A stretch of DNA of 64,000 nt from an uncultured Solirubrobacterales bacterium (lineage in GTDB: Bacteria; Actinomycetota; Thermoleophilia; Solirubrobacterales; Solirubrobacteraceae). Where the stretch lies: assembly GCA_963742705.1 (NCBI GenBank), contig CAVUMZ010000010.1, forward strand, positions 59,967-123,966. The letters run 5' to 3'. The notes under the pieces are model-generated. The model saw only the letters and a list, made by a program, of their open reading frames with translations, was not told the DNA's origin and did no database searches. Positions 40,959 through 50,777 of this stretch are shown here, one piece after another; position 1 is the stretch's first letter; every line of letters starts with the position of its first letter. Both the position numbers and the translations under genes were made by a program.

Positions 40959-42179
40959 ATGCTCTTCTGGAACGTCCCGGCCCCAGATCAGGCGCTGCTG
41001 ATCTCGGGGTCCCGCCACAAGGATCCCTCGACCCAGTTCCGCATCGTCACCGGCCACGGGTCGTTCGTGCTGCCGATCAAGCAGAAGGCCCGCTTCCTCT
41101 CGCTCGCCCTGCGCGAATCGGAGGTCCGTGAGGAGTGCGTCACCCGCCAGGGCATCCCGCTCCAGCTGATCGCCGTCGCCTTCTTCAAGGTCGGCGACGA
41201 CGCCGCGTCGATCGCCAACGCCGCCCGGCGCTTCCTCGACGAGCAGGGGCGAATGGAGGAGCTCTGCGGGCGCATCTTCGCCGGTCACCTGCGGTCGATC
41301 GTCGGCGGCCTCACCGTCGAGGAGATCATCCGCGAGCGCGACCGCGTCGCCACCGAGGTCAAGGAGGGCTCCCAGCCGGAGATGGAGAAGCTCGGCATCG
41401 TCGTCGACGGGTTCCAGATCCAGGAGATCGGCGACCCGTCCGGCTACATCACGAACCTCGCCGCCCCGCACGCCGCCGCGGTCGCCAGCGCGGCCCGGAT
41501 CGCCGCCGCCGAGCGCGACCAGGAGGCCGCCGAGAAGGAGCAGGAGGCCGCCCGGGCCAAGGCCGGCTTCGCCCGCGAGACGTCGCTGCAGAAGGCGAAG
41601 ATCGAGGCCGAGGTCCAGCAGGCCCAGGCTGAGACCTCCCAGGCGGGCCCGCTCGCCCAGGCGCGGTCCTCCCAACAGGTCATCGCCGAGCAGACGGCGC
41701 TCGCCGAGCGTAACGCCGCCCTGAAGGAGAAGCAGCTCGAGGCCGAGGTCCGCCGCCCGGCCGACGCCGAGGCCTACCGCCAGAACACGCTCGCCGCGGC
41801 GGCGCTGCAGCGGACGAAGCTCGAAGCCGACGGCGAGGCCTATGCCGCGCTGACCACTGCCGAAGCCGACGCCCGGGCGATCACCGCCCGGGCCGGGGCG
41901 CTCGCCGGCGAGAACCAGCGGCTGATCGCCGCCAACCAGCTCGTCGAGATGCTGCCCGAGCTCGTCGCCGCCGCCGCCCAGGGGATCGATGGCGCCCACC
42001 TGACGATCCTGAACGGGGCCGACGGGCTCGGCGAGTTCGCCACCGGCCTCGCGGCCGAGGGACTGACGATCTATGAGGCCCTCAGGCGCAGCCTGGCCGC
42101 GGCGAGCGGGCCGGCGAAGCCGGCGATCGCGCGCGGCGACGGCGGCGGGCGCGCGCCGGACGCTTCGCGCGCAGGGTGA
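40959..42179 (+). CDS. Flotillin-like SPFH/band-7 protein
   Basis: 406 aa. An SPFH core (PDQALLISGS..) is followed by a long Ala/Glu/Gln-rich coiled-coil flotillin region. An in-frame TGA just upstream rules out an N-terminal TM hairpin. Confidence 0.85.
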   Translation: MLFWNVPAPDQALLISGSRHKDPSTQFRIVTGHGSFVLPIKQKARFLSLALRESEVREECVTRQGIPLQLIAVAFFKVGDDAASIANAARRFLDEQGRMEELCGRIFAGHLRSIVGGLTVEEIIRERDRVATEVKEGSQPEMEKLGIVVDGFQIQEIGDPSGYITNLAAPHAAAVASAARIAAAERDQEAAEKEQEAARAKAGFARETSLQKAKIEAEVQQAQAETSQAGPLAQARSSQQVIAEQTALAERNAALKEKQLEAEVRRPADAEAYRQNTLAAAALQRTKLEADGEAYAALTTAEADARAITARAGALAGENQRLIAANQLVEMLPELVAAAAQGIDGAHLTILNGADGLGEFATGLAAEGLTIYEALRRSLAAASGPAKPAIARGDGGGRAPDASRAG

Positions 42180-42214
42180 ACCGGCGCGGACGGTACGCCA
42201 GGCGCCCGGCGACC

Positions 42215-42234
42215 TGTGTGACTGACGTCACACA
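42215..42234. promoter_or_regulatory. Perfect 8-bp inverted repeat upstream of the ABC transporter operon
   Basis: TGTGTGAC-TGAC-GTCACACA. It lies 36 nt after the flotillin stop and 36 nt before the ABC ATPase start. It could be an operator or a hairpin. Confidence 0.3.
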
Positions 42235-42269
42235 CAGCGAACCGCCAACTGGCTAGCCTGACGCGTTCG

Positions 42270-43156
<887 letters not shown>

Positions 43157-43160
<4 letters not shown>

Positions 43161-43885
43161 AGCCGCTGCTCTCCGGCGAGCTCGTCAAGCTGCGCACGAC
43201 GCGGACGTTCGCCGCTCTCGTCGGCTCCGCCCTCGTGCTTTCGCTGCTCGTCGTCATCCTCACCGGACTACTGCGCGACACCTTCACCGACCACGACCTG
43301 CGCCAGCTCTTCACGGCCAACTTCAGCAGCTTCTTCATCCTGCTGCTGGGCGTGATCGGCATGGCCGGCGAGTGGCGCCACCGCACGATCGCCGGGACGA
43401 TCCTCGCGGCGCCCGACCGGATCCGCCTGCTCGCGGCGAAGCTGCTGTCCTACGCCGTCGCCGGGATCGTGCTGTCGGCCGTCGTCACGCTGGCGATCAT
43501 GCTCGTCGGGACGATCATCCTCTCGGTCCGGGGTCTCCCCACGCTCGACGTCGGCAGCATGGCCGACCTGCTCTGGCGGCAGCTGCTGATCGCCGGCCTC
43601 CAGGGGGCGTTCGGCGTCTGCGTCGGCGGGCTCGTGCGCAACCAGGTCGTCGCGATCGTCACCGTGCTCGCCGTAGCCTTCGTCGTCGAGCCGGCGATCC
43701 TCGGCCTGGTCCCCAGCGTCGGCCAGTTCGGCCCGACCGTCGGCACGCCCAACGGGATCCTCCAGATGCAGTTCAACAACAAGGACCTGCTCGCCCCCGG
43801 CTACGCGATCCTCGTGCTGCTCGGCTGGGTCGGGCTCGGCTTCGCCGCGACCGGGACCCTGCTGCGCCGGCGCGACCTGCTCTGA
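43157..43885 (+). CDS. ABC-2 family transporter permease
   Basis: ATG 43157 overlaps the ATPase stop (ATGA). 242 aa with about 6 TM helices, starting MKPLLSGELVKLRTTRT as is typical for these permeases. Confidence 0.8.
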
Positions 43886-43935
43886 CCCCGCACGCAGGCC
43901 GCGCGAGCGCCGGTCGAGCTGTGGCTGCGGCGTCA

Positions 43936-43959
43936 GGGACGCAGGCGTGCGTGCGTCCC
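43936..43959. terminator. Hairpin between convergent genes (possible bidirectional terminator)
   Basis: GGGACGCA-ggcgtgcg-TGCGTCCC, an 8-bp stem, between the stops at 43885 (+) and 44023 (-). Confidence 0.3.
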
Positions 43960-44022
43960 GTCAGGCGCGCGCCGTGCGGGCGACGACGTCGACCGCGCCC
44001 AAAGCGCCGCCGACGCGGCCGG

Positions 44023-44382
44023 TCAGTCGAAGTCGGTGACGGCGTAGACCGTCCGCTTGGCGAGCTCGATCGTGGTCGTGCGACCGGGCTCGTCCGGATC
44101 GTCGCAGTGGACGGTGTAGAGCTCGCGTCCGACCTGGAGGATCGCCATCACCCGCTGTCCGTCGACCAGCTGGTCGGAGCCGACCTCGATCGTCGTGTCG
44201 GCTCCGGCGCGGCGGCACATCACGCGGTGGATGCGCCGCTTGTGGGCGACCATGCCCGAAGCGGACTCGGCCTCGGTGCGGAGATCGTCATACAGACGCT
44301 CGGCACCGGTCGGATCGGACTCGTAGCCGGGGACGAAGAAGGAGGTCAAGCCCAGACCGCCCCCGGCAGGGGCACTAGACAC
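44023..44382 (-). CDS. Hypothetical protein (119 aa)
   Basis: GC3 is high throughout. No motif recognised. It overlaps the upstream small ORF by 8 nt. Confidence 0.55.
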   Translation of the reverse strand: MSSAPAGGGLGLTSFFVPGYESDPTGAERLYDDLRTEAESASGMVAHKRRIHRVMCRRAGADTTIEVGSDQLVDGQRVMAILQVGRELYTVHCDDPDEPGRTTTIELAKRTVYAVTDFD

Positions 44383-44578
44383 GGCCGCGCTGACGCGCGG
44401 CGGCAGGGCGCTTCGGCTTCGCCGCCTTGGACGGCCGCGCCGGCTGGAGCTTGCGCTCGTCAGCGGTCATCTGCCGGACGGTGAGCTTGCCCGCGGCGAT
44501 CTGCGCGCGAATCTCGGCGAGCTTCTGCTCCCGCCGCTCGTCGGCGCGCTGCTGCTGTTGTCCCTTGGGCGGTGGCAT
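44375..44578 (-). CDS. Small highly basic hypothetical protein (67 aa)
   Basis: Start taken at ATG 44578: MPPPKGQQQQRADERREQKLAEIRAQIAAGKLTVRQMTADERK.. plus a Lys/Arg/Pro-rich tail. The rest of ORF 44375..44764 looks non-coding. Confidence 0.4.
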   Translation of the reverse strand: MPPPKGQQQQRADERREQKLAEIRAQIAAGKLTVRQMTADERKLQPARPSKAAKPKRPAAARQRGRV

Positions 44579-44680
44579 GCGTAGACCGAGGGTACTCCCT
44601 TGGTCGCCCCGGCACCGAGGGCCCGGGCCGGCACCGGCGCTGGGGTCGCCGGCAAGCCGGCGATTCGCCGGCACGGCCGG

Positions 44681-44686
44681 TAGAGT
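44681..44686 (+). promoter_or_regulatory. -10 element (TAGAGT) positioned for a leaderless purC transcript
   Basis: TAGAGT ends 7 nt before the purC GTG (44694), and there is no SD in between. Confidence 0.3.
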
Positions 44687-44693
44687 CAGTGCG

Positions 44694-45596
44694 GTGATCG
44701 CCCCCGACCTGCCGCTCCTGTCGTCCGGCAAGGTGCGCGACATGTACGCGTTCGGCGACAACATCCTGATGGTCGCCTCCGACCGGATCTCGACCTACGA
44801 CGTCGTCCATCCGACGCCGATCCCCGACAAGGGCAACGTCCTCACGGGGATCTCGGTCTTCTGGTTTCGTCTGACCGACCAGATCGTCCCCAACCACCTG
44901 CTGGCGGCCGCCGTGCCCGTTCCGACTGCCCTGCGCGGCCGGGGCCTGATCGTCAAGTCGCTCGAGATGCTGCCGGTCGAGTGCGTCGTGCGCGGCTACC
45001 TGACCGGGTCGGGGTGGAAGGACTACCAGCAGACGGGCGCGGTCTGCGGGATCGAGCTTCCGCCGGGCCTCGAGGAGTCGGCGCGCCTGCCCGAGCCGAT
45101 CTTCACACCGGCGAGCAAGGCGATGCTCGGCGACCACGACGAGAACATCAACTTCGAGGCGGCGGTCGCCGCCGTCGGTGACCGAGCGCTCGCCGAGCGG
45201 CTGCGCGACATCTCGATCGCGTTGTATGAGAAGGCCGCGGCGCACGCGCTGGAGCGGGGGATCATCCTCGCCGACACGAAGTTCGAGTTCGGCCACGACC
45301 ACGGCGGCCGGCTGACCCTGGGCGACGAGGTCCTGACGCCCGACTCGTCGCGCTTCTGGCCGGCCGACGGCTACGAGCCGGGCCACGGCCAGCCGAGCTT
45401 CGACAAGCAGTACGTCCGGGACTGGGCGACCGCCACCGGCTGGGACCGCAATCCCCCGGCGCCGGCGATCCCGCAAGACGTCGTCACCCAGACGCGGGCC
45501 CTATACATCGAAGCCTACGAGCGGATCACCGGCGAGCCGTACGCGGCCTGGCTCGAGCGCAGCACCGGGATCCCGACCGCCGACCAGCACCCCTGA
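44694..45596 (+). CDS. purC: SAICAR synthetase
   Basis: GTG 44694. Motifs: SGKVRDMY, LMVASDRISTYD, ILADTKFEFG, LTPDSSRFW. Confidence 0.93.
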   Translation: MIAPDLPLLSSGKVRDMYAFGDNILMVASDRISTYDVVHPTPIPDKGNVLTGISVFWFRLTDQIVPNHLLAAAVPVPTALRGRGLIVKSLEMLPVECVVRGYLTGSGWKDYQQTGAVCGIELPPGLEESARLPEPIFTPASKAMLGDHDENINFEAAVAAVGDRALAERLRDISIALYEKAAAHALERGIILADTKFEFGHDHGGRLTLGDEVLTPDSSRFWPADGYEPGHGQPSFDKQYVRDWATATGWDRNPPAPAIPQDVVTQTRALYIEAYERITGEPYAAWLERSTGIPTADQHP

Positions 45597-45820
45597 TGCG
45601 GGCCCGGGTGCTGGTGCGGCCGAAGGCCGGCATCCTCGACCCGCAGGGCCAGGCGGTCGAGCGGGCGCTGCCGGCACTCGGCTTCTCCGGGGTCCGCAAC
45701 GTCCACGTCGGCCGGCTGATCGAGCTCGACGTCGACGACCCGGCGCGGCTGGCCGAGATGTGCGAGCAGCTGCTGTCGAACCCGCTGATCGAGGACTACG
45801 AGGTGCTGGTCGGGGAATGA
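45596..45820 (+). CDS. purS: FGAM synthase subunit PurS
   Basis: 74 aa. VRPKAGILDPQGQAVERALPALGF..V.VGR is the PurS pattern. Its ATG overlaps the purC stop. Confidence 0.9.
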   Translation: MRARVLVRPKAGILDPQGQAVERALPALGFSGVRNVHVGRLIELDVDDPARLAEMCEQLLSNPLIEDYEVLVGE

Positions 45821-46515
45821 GGTCGGGGACCCCTCGGTTCGGCGTCGTCGTCTTTCCCGGCAGCTGCGACGACGTCGACGCGCGGCTGGCCTGCGCGCGG
45901 GTCGGCGAGACGGTCATGCTCTGGCACGCCGACCGCGACCTCCAGTCAGTCGACGCGGTCGTCGTGCCGGGCGGCTTCTCCTACGGCGACTACCTGCGGG
46001 CCGGGGCGATCGCCCGGTTCGCGCCGATCATGGAGGAGGTCATCGCCTTCGCCCGGGACGGCGGCCTGGTGATGGGGATCTGCAACGGCTTCCAGGTCCT
46101 CTGCGAGGCCGGCCTGCTGCCGGGGGCGCTGCTGCCGAACACGGGCCTGCGCTTCCTCTGCCGGCAGGTCGAGCTCGAGGTCGTCAACCCCGACACGCCG
46201 TTCACCACGGCGTGCGCCCCGGGCCGAACCCTGTCGGTCCCCGTCAAGCACACGACCGGCCGCTACTACGCCCCGGCGACCCAGCTGACCCAGATGGAGG
46301 CAGACGGGCAGGTCGTCCTGCGCTACGCCGGCGGGCAGAACCCGAACGGCTCGGCCCGCGACATCGCCGGCGTGACCAACGCCGCGGGCAACGTGTTCGG
46401 CCTGATGCCGCACCCCGAGCACGCCGTCGACCCCCTCACAGGGTCGACCGACGGCCTCTGCCTGTTCGCCTCGATCGGCGCGAGCCTCGGCCACGTCGCC
46501 GGGGCGCCGGCATGA
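45817..46515 (+). CDS. purQ: FGAM synthase glutaminase subunit PurQ
   Basis: ATGA overlap with purS. FGVVVFPGS, PGGFSYGDYLR, the nucleophile GICNGFQ, and MPHPE. Confidence 0.93.
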   Translation: MRSGTPRFGVVVFPGSCDDVDARLACARVGETVMLWHADRDLQSVDAVVVPGGFSYGDYLRAGAIARFAPIMEEVIAFARDGGLVMGICNGFQVLCEAGLLPGALLPNTGLRFLCRQVELEVVNPDTPFTTACAPGRTLSVPVKHTTGRYYAPATQLTQMEADGQVVLRYAGGQNPNGSARDIAGVTNAAGNVFGLMPHPEHAVDPLTGSTDGLCLFASIGASLGHVAGAPA

Positions 46516-48716
46516 GCGCGACGACCAACCCGCCTCCCGGCCTCGCCCGGGCGGTCGAGCTCGGCCTGACGACGGCCGAGTACGAGCTGATCGTCGGCCG
46601 CCTCGACCGGGAGCCGAACGAGGTCGAGCTGGCGATGTTCTCGCTGATGTGGTCCGAGCACTGCGCCTACAAGCACTCCAAGCTCCTCCTCAGGAGCCTC
46701 CCGACCGACGGACCCAAGCTCGTGCTGGGGCCGGGCGAGAACGCCGGGGCGGTCGATGTCGGCGGCGGCCTCGTCTGCGCCTTCAAGGTCGAGTCGCACA
46801 ACCACCCGAGCGCCGTCGAGCCCTTCCAGGGGGCGGCGACCGGGGTCGGGGGCATCCTCCGCGACGTGTTCGCGATCGGGGCCCGGCCGATCGCCATCCT
46901 CGACAGCCTGCGCTTCGGCGAGCCGAGCCCCGACCCGACCGGCCGGACCCGGTACCTGCTCGAGCACGCGGTCGCCGGGATCGGCCACTACGGCAACTCG
47001 ATCGGCGTGCCGACGATCGGCGGGGAGATCTACTTCGAGGGGCCGTACGAGCAGAACTGCCTGATCAACGCGATGGCGATCGGCCTGATCGAGCGTGACC
47101 GGCTGATCCGGGCGGCGGCCCAGGGGCCGGGCAACGTGCTCGTGCTGTTCGGGGCCTCGACCGGCCGCGACGGCATCGGCGGGGCGTCGGTGCTGGCCAG
47201 CGCCGAGCTCGGGTCCGACGACGCGTCCAAGCGCCCGAGCGTCCAGGTCGGCGATCCGTTCGCCGAGAAGAAGCTGATGGAGTGCTCGCTCGAGCTGCTC
47301 GACCGCGGCCTGCTCGTCGCCCTGCAGGACCTCGGCGCGGCCGGCCTGACCTCGGCGGCGTCGGAGATGGCGAGCAAGGGTGAGCTCGGGATCGACATCG
47401 ACATCACGAGGATCCCGCTGCGCGAGGCGGGGATGGAGCCGTTCGAGATCATGGTCTCGGAATCGCAGGAGCGGATGCTGTGCGTGGCCGAGCCCGACCG
47501 CGTGGCCGAGGTGATCGCCGTCTGCGAGCGGTGGGAGACGACGGCGACGGCGATCGGCACCGTCACCGACAGCGGCCTGATGCGGATCCTCGACGGCGAC
47601 CGCGTCGTCGGCGAGCTGCCCGTCGCGGCGCTCGTCGACGACGTCCCCACCTACGCGCTCGAGCCCCAGAGGCCCGCCCACCAGCTCTACCCCCGCCCGC
47701 CCAAGACGCTGACCAGCGAGGATCCGACCCAGATCCTCCTGGCTCTGCTCGCGAGCCCGAACATCGCCGACCGCCGGCCGGTCTTCGAGCAGTACGACTG
47801 CATCGTGCAGTCGCGGACCGTGCGCCGGCCGGCCGAGGCCGACGCCGCCGTGCTGATGCTGCCCGAGCGCGACGGCGTGACGCCGGCGATCGCCGCATCG
47901 ATCGACGGCAACGGCCGCCGGGTCGCCTGCGATCCGTACAACGGGACGATCGAGGCGGTGCTCGAGTGCGCGGCCAACCTCGCGTGCGTCGGGGCCGAGC
48001 CGCTCGGACTGACCAACTGCCTGAACTTCGGAAACCCCGAGAAGCCGCATGTGGCCTGGCAGCTGACGGAGTCCGTCCGCGGCCTGGGCGACGCCTGCCG
48101 GGCGCTGGGGATCCCCGTCGTCGGTGGCAACGTGTCGCTCTACAACGAGGCCGGCGACGGGCCGATCTACCCGACGCCCGTGGTCGGGATGGTCGGCGAG
48201 CTGCCCGACGCGACCCGGGCCGGGCGGCTCGGCTTCGCCCGCGCGGGCGACCGGATCGGCCTCGTCGGCCGGTTCGCCCCGACCCTCCCCGGGTCGGAGC
48301 TGGCCCGCCTCGGGGGCGCCGAGCTGCCGCAGAGCCTGCCGCCCGCGCCGATCGACGAGGTCGCGGCCGCCCAGGCGGCGATCCGCGCGGCCGTCCGCGC
48401 CGGTGCCGTCAGCAGCGCCCACGACATCGCCGAAGGCGGCCTGGGCGTGTGCCTGGCCGAGTGCTGCCTCGCCGGCGGGATCGGCGCGACGATCGGGCTC
48501 GGAGATCGGGGCAAGTCGATCCGCGCCCTGTTCGGCGAGGGCCCGGGCGGCTTCGTCGTGTCGGGCCCGCCGGACGGGCTCGCCCGGCTCGGAGCGACGG
48601 TGATCGGGCAGGTCGGGGGGGACGCACTGCGGATCGACGCGGGCGACGCGCAGATCGTTCTTTCCCTGGAGCAGTGTCGGGCCGCACACGCGTCCCTGGG
48701 AGCTCTGCTTGCCTGA
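46512..48716 (+). CDS. purL: FGAM synthase subunit PurL
   Basis: ATGA overlap with purQ. MWSEHCAYKHSK, KVESHNHPSAVEPFQGAATGVGGILRD. Confidence 0.95.
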   Translation: MSATTNPPPGLARAVELGLTTAEYELIVGRLDREPNEVELAMFSLMWSEHCAYKHSKLLLRSLPTDGPKLVLGPGENAGAVDVGGGLVCAFKVESHNHPSAVEPFQGAATGVGGILRDVFAIGARPIAILDSLRFGEPSPDPTGRTRYLLEHAVAGIGHYGNSIGVPTIGGEIYFEGPYEQNCLINAMAIGLIERDRLIRAAAQGPGNVLVLFGASTGRDGIGGASVLASAELGSDDASKRPSVQVGDPFAEKKLMECSLELLDRGLLVALQDLGAAGLTSAASEMASKGELGIDIDITRIPLREAGMEPFEIMVSESQERMLCVAEPDRVAEVIAVCERWETTATAIGTVTDSGLMRILDGDRVVGELPVAALVDDVPTYALEPQRPAHQLYPRPPKTLTSEDPTQILLALLASPNIADRRPVFEQYDCIVQSRTVRRPAEADAAVLMLPERDGVTPAIAASIDGNGRRVACDPYNGTIEAVLECAANLACVGAEPLGLTNCLNFGNPEKPHVAWQLTESVRGLGDACRALGIPVVGGNVSLYNEAGDGPIYPTPVVGMVGELPDATRAGRLGFARAGDRIGLVGRFAPTLPGSELARLGGAELPQSLPPAPIDEVAAAQAAIRAAVRAGAVSSAHDIAEGGLGVCLAECCLAGGIGATIGLGDRGKSIRALFGEGPGGFVVSGPPDGLARLGATVIGQVGGDALRIDAGDAQIVLSLEQCRAAHASLGALLA

Positions 48717-49212
48717 GGCCCTCGGCCGGGAGGCGGTCGTTCACGCCGCAGACCACGGGTACGCCGACGGGATCTGGCGGATCTTTCGGGCCGTGGTGGC
48801 CGCCGGCGAGACCTACGTCTATGCGCCGGAAACGTCGCGCGAGGAGGCGCTCCGGCTGTGGCTCGACGGCGGCGAGTGCTTCGTCGCCTGCGCCGGTGGC
48901 GAGGTCGTCGGGACGTACGTCCTGCGGCCCAACCAGCCGGGTCTCGGGGGCCACGTGGGGAACGCGGCGTTCATGGTCGACCCGGCGGCCCGGGGGCAGG
49001 GGATCGGCCGGCTGCTCGGTGCTCACGCGCTCGGGCGGGCGGTGGAGCTCGGGTACCGGGCGATGCAGTTCAACCTCGTCGTCGCCACGAACACCCCGGC
49101 GATCGCGCTCTGGGAGAGCCTCGGCTTCGCGGTCGTCGGCCGCCTGCCGGGGGCGTTCCACTGGCGGCGGGAGCGCTACGTGGACGCCCTGGTGATGTAT
49201 CGGTCGCTGTAG
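48709..49212 (+). CDS. GNAT-family N-acetyltransferase
   Basis: 167 aa with a TTG start overlapping the purL end. The acetyl-CoA motif is RGQGIGRLLGAHAL, followed by FNLVVATNTPAIALWESLGF. Confidence 0.8.
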   Translation: MPEALGREAVVHAADHGYADGIWRIFRAVVAAGETYVYAPETSREEALRLWLDGGECFVACAGGEVVGTYVLRPNQPGLGGHVGNAAFMVDPAARGQGIGRLLGAHALGRAVELGYRAMQFNLVVATNTPAIALWESLGFAVVGRLPGAFHWRRERYVDALVMYRSL

Positions 49213-49294
49213 TGGTCCACCGGGACGCGCCGGGGCCACTGCTAGGCTTGTCGTCCGGCGCGGAGGGCTCCAGCCCGACGGGCCCCGGTCTTCG

Positions 49295-50767
49295 ATGAAC
49301 CCATCATTCGACCTCGACGCACGCGACGGACCGCGCGACGAGTGCGGCGTCTTCGGGATCTACGCCCCCGATCACGACGTCTCTCGCCTCGCGTACTTCG
49401 CCCTGTTCGCGCTCCAGCACCGGGGCCAGGAGTCGGCGGGCATCGCCGCCGCCGACCACGGCGGGCAGATCGTGACGCGGCGCGAGCTCGGGCTGGTCAG
49501 CCAGGTCTTCAACGAGAACGACCTGGCGACGCTGGCCGGCGAGCTGGCGATCGGCCACGTGCGCTATTCGACCACGGGCGGCAACCAGTGGGAGAACTCG
49601 CAGCCGGTACAGCGCTCAGCCGGGTCCGACGCCAACCGCCGGGAGGTGGCGCTGGCGCACAACGGCAACCTCATCAACGCCGTCGACCTCCACGCCGAGC
49701 TGACCGGCCGGGGCGTCAGCTTCCGGTCGACTTCGGATTCGGAGATCATCGCCGCGCTGATCGCCACCAATCGGGCAGAGCGGATCGAGGACGCGGTCGC
49801 CGACGTCCTGCCGCGGCTGAAGGGTGCCTTCTCGGCCGTGGTGATGACCCGGGATCGCGTCGTCGCCTTCCGCGACCCGCACGGCCTGCGACCGCTGGCG
49901 CTGGGGGTGCTGCCGGGGCTTGAGCCGGGCGACCCGGAGCGCTTCTGCGTGGCCAGCGAGTCGTGCGCGTTCGACATCATCGGCGCCCGGCTGCTGCGCG
50001 ATGTCCGCCCGGGGGAGGTCGTCTCGATCGGGGCCGACGGCATGCGGTCGGTGCAGGTGACCGAGGGGGAGCGGGAGGCGTTCTGCGTCTTCGAGTACAT
50101 CTACTTCGCCCGGCCCGACTCGCGCATGGGGGGCAACGTGCTCCAGGTCGCGCGCGGGCGGATGGGCGAGATCCTGGCGCGCGAAGCGCCGGTCGAGGCC
50201 GATCTGGTGATCCCGGTGCCCGACTCGGGCAACCCGGCGGCCCGGGGCTTCGCCCGGGCCAGCAAGCTGCCGCAGGACGACGGCTTCGTCAAGAACCGCT
50301 ACGTCGCCCGGACGTTCATCCAGCCGGGCCAGGAGCTGCGCAAGCACGGCCTGCGGATGAAGTTCAACCCGCTGCCGGAAGTCGTTCGCGGCAAGCGGCT
50401 CGTCGTCGTCGACGACTCGATCGTGCGTGGGAACACGACCAAGCAGATCGTCAAGATGCTGCGCGACGCCGGGGCGGCCGAGATCCACATGCGGATCTGC
50501 GCGCCGCCGATCGAGCACCCGTGCCACTACGGGATCGACATGTCGACGCGCGAGGAGATGATCGCCCACGGGCGGACGGTGGCCGAGATCGCCGCCGAGC
50601 TCGAGTGCGACTCGCTCGCCTACCTGTCGCTCGAGGGCGTCTACGAGGCGATCAACGGGACGCGGTCGACCCACTGCGACGCCTGCTTCACCGGGGAGTA
50701 CCCGCTGAACGGGCATCACGACGCCGGCGGCAAGTACTCGCTCGAGCTCCCGCTCGCCAAGGTCTGA
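49295..50767 (+). CDS. purF: Amidophosphoribosyltransferase
   Basis: Ntn Cys in DECGVFGIY, LQHRGQESAGI, the PRT motif VVVDDSIVRGNT, and Fe-S Cys residues near the C-terminus. Confidence 0.95.
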   Translation: MNPSFDLDARDGPRDECGVFGIYAPDHDVSRLAYFALFALQHRGQESAGIAAADHGGQIVTRRELGLVSQVFNENDLATLAGELAIGHVRYSTTGGNQWENSQPVQRSAGSDANRREVALAHNGNLINAVDLHAELTGRGVSFRSTSDSEIIAALIATNRAERIEDAVADVLPRLKGAFSAVVMTRDRVVAFRDPHGLRPLALGVLPGLEPGDPERFCVASESCAFDIIGARLLRDVRPGEVVSIGADGMRSVQVTEGEREAFCVFEYIYFARPDSRMGGNVLQVARGRMGEILAREAPVEADLVIPVPDSGNPAARGFARASKLPQDDGFVKNRYVARTFIQPGQELRKHGLRMKFNPLPEVVRGKRLVVVDDSIVRGNTTKQIVKMLRDAGAAEIHMRICAPPIEHPCHYGIDMSTREEMIAHGRTVAEIAAELECDSLAYLSLEGVYEAINGTRSTHCDACFTGEYPLNGHHDAGGKYSLELPLAKV

Positions 50768-50777
50768 CGCCCCGGGC

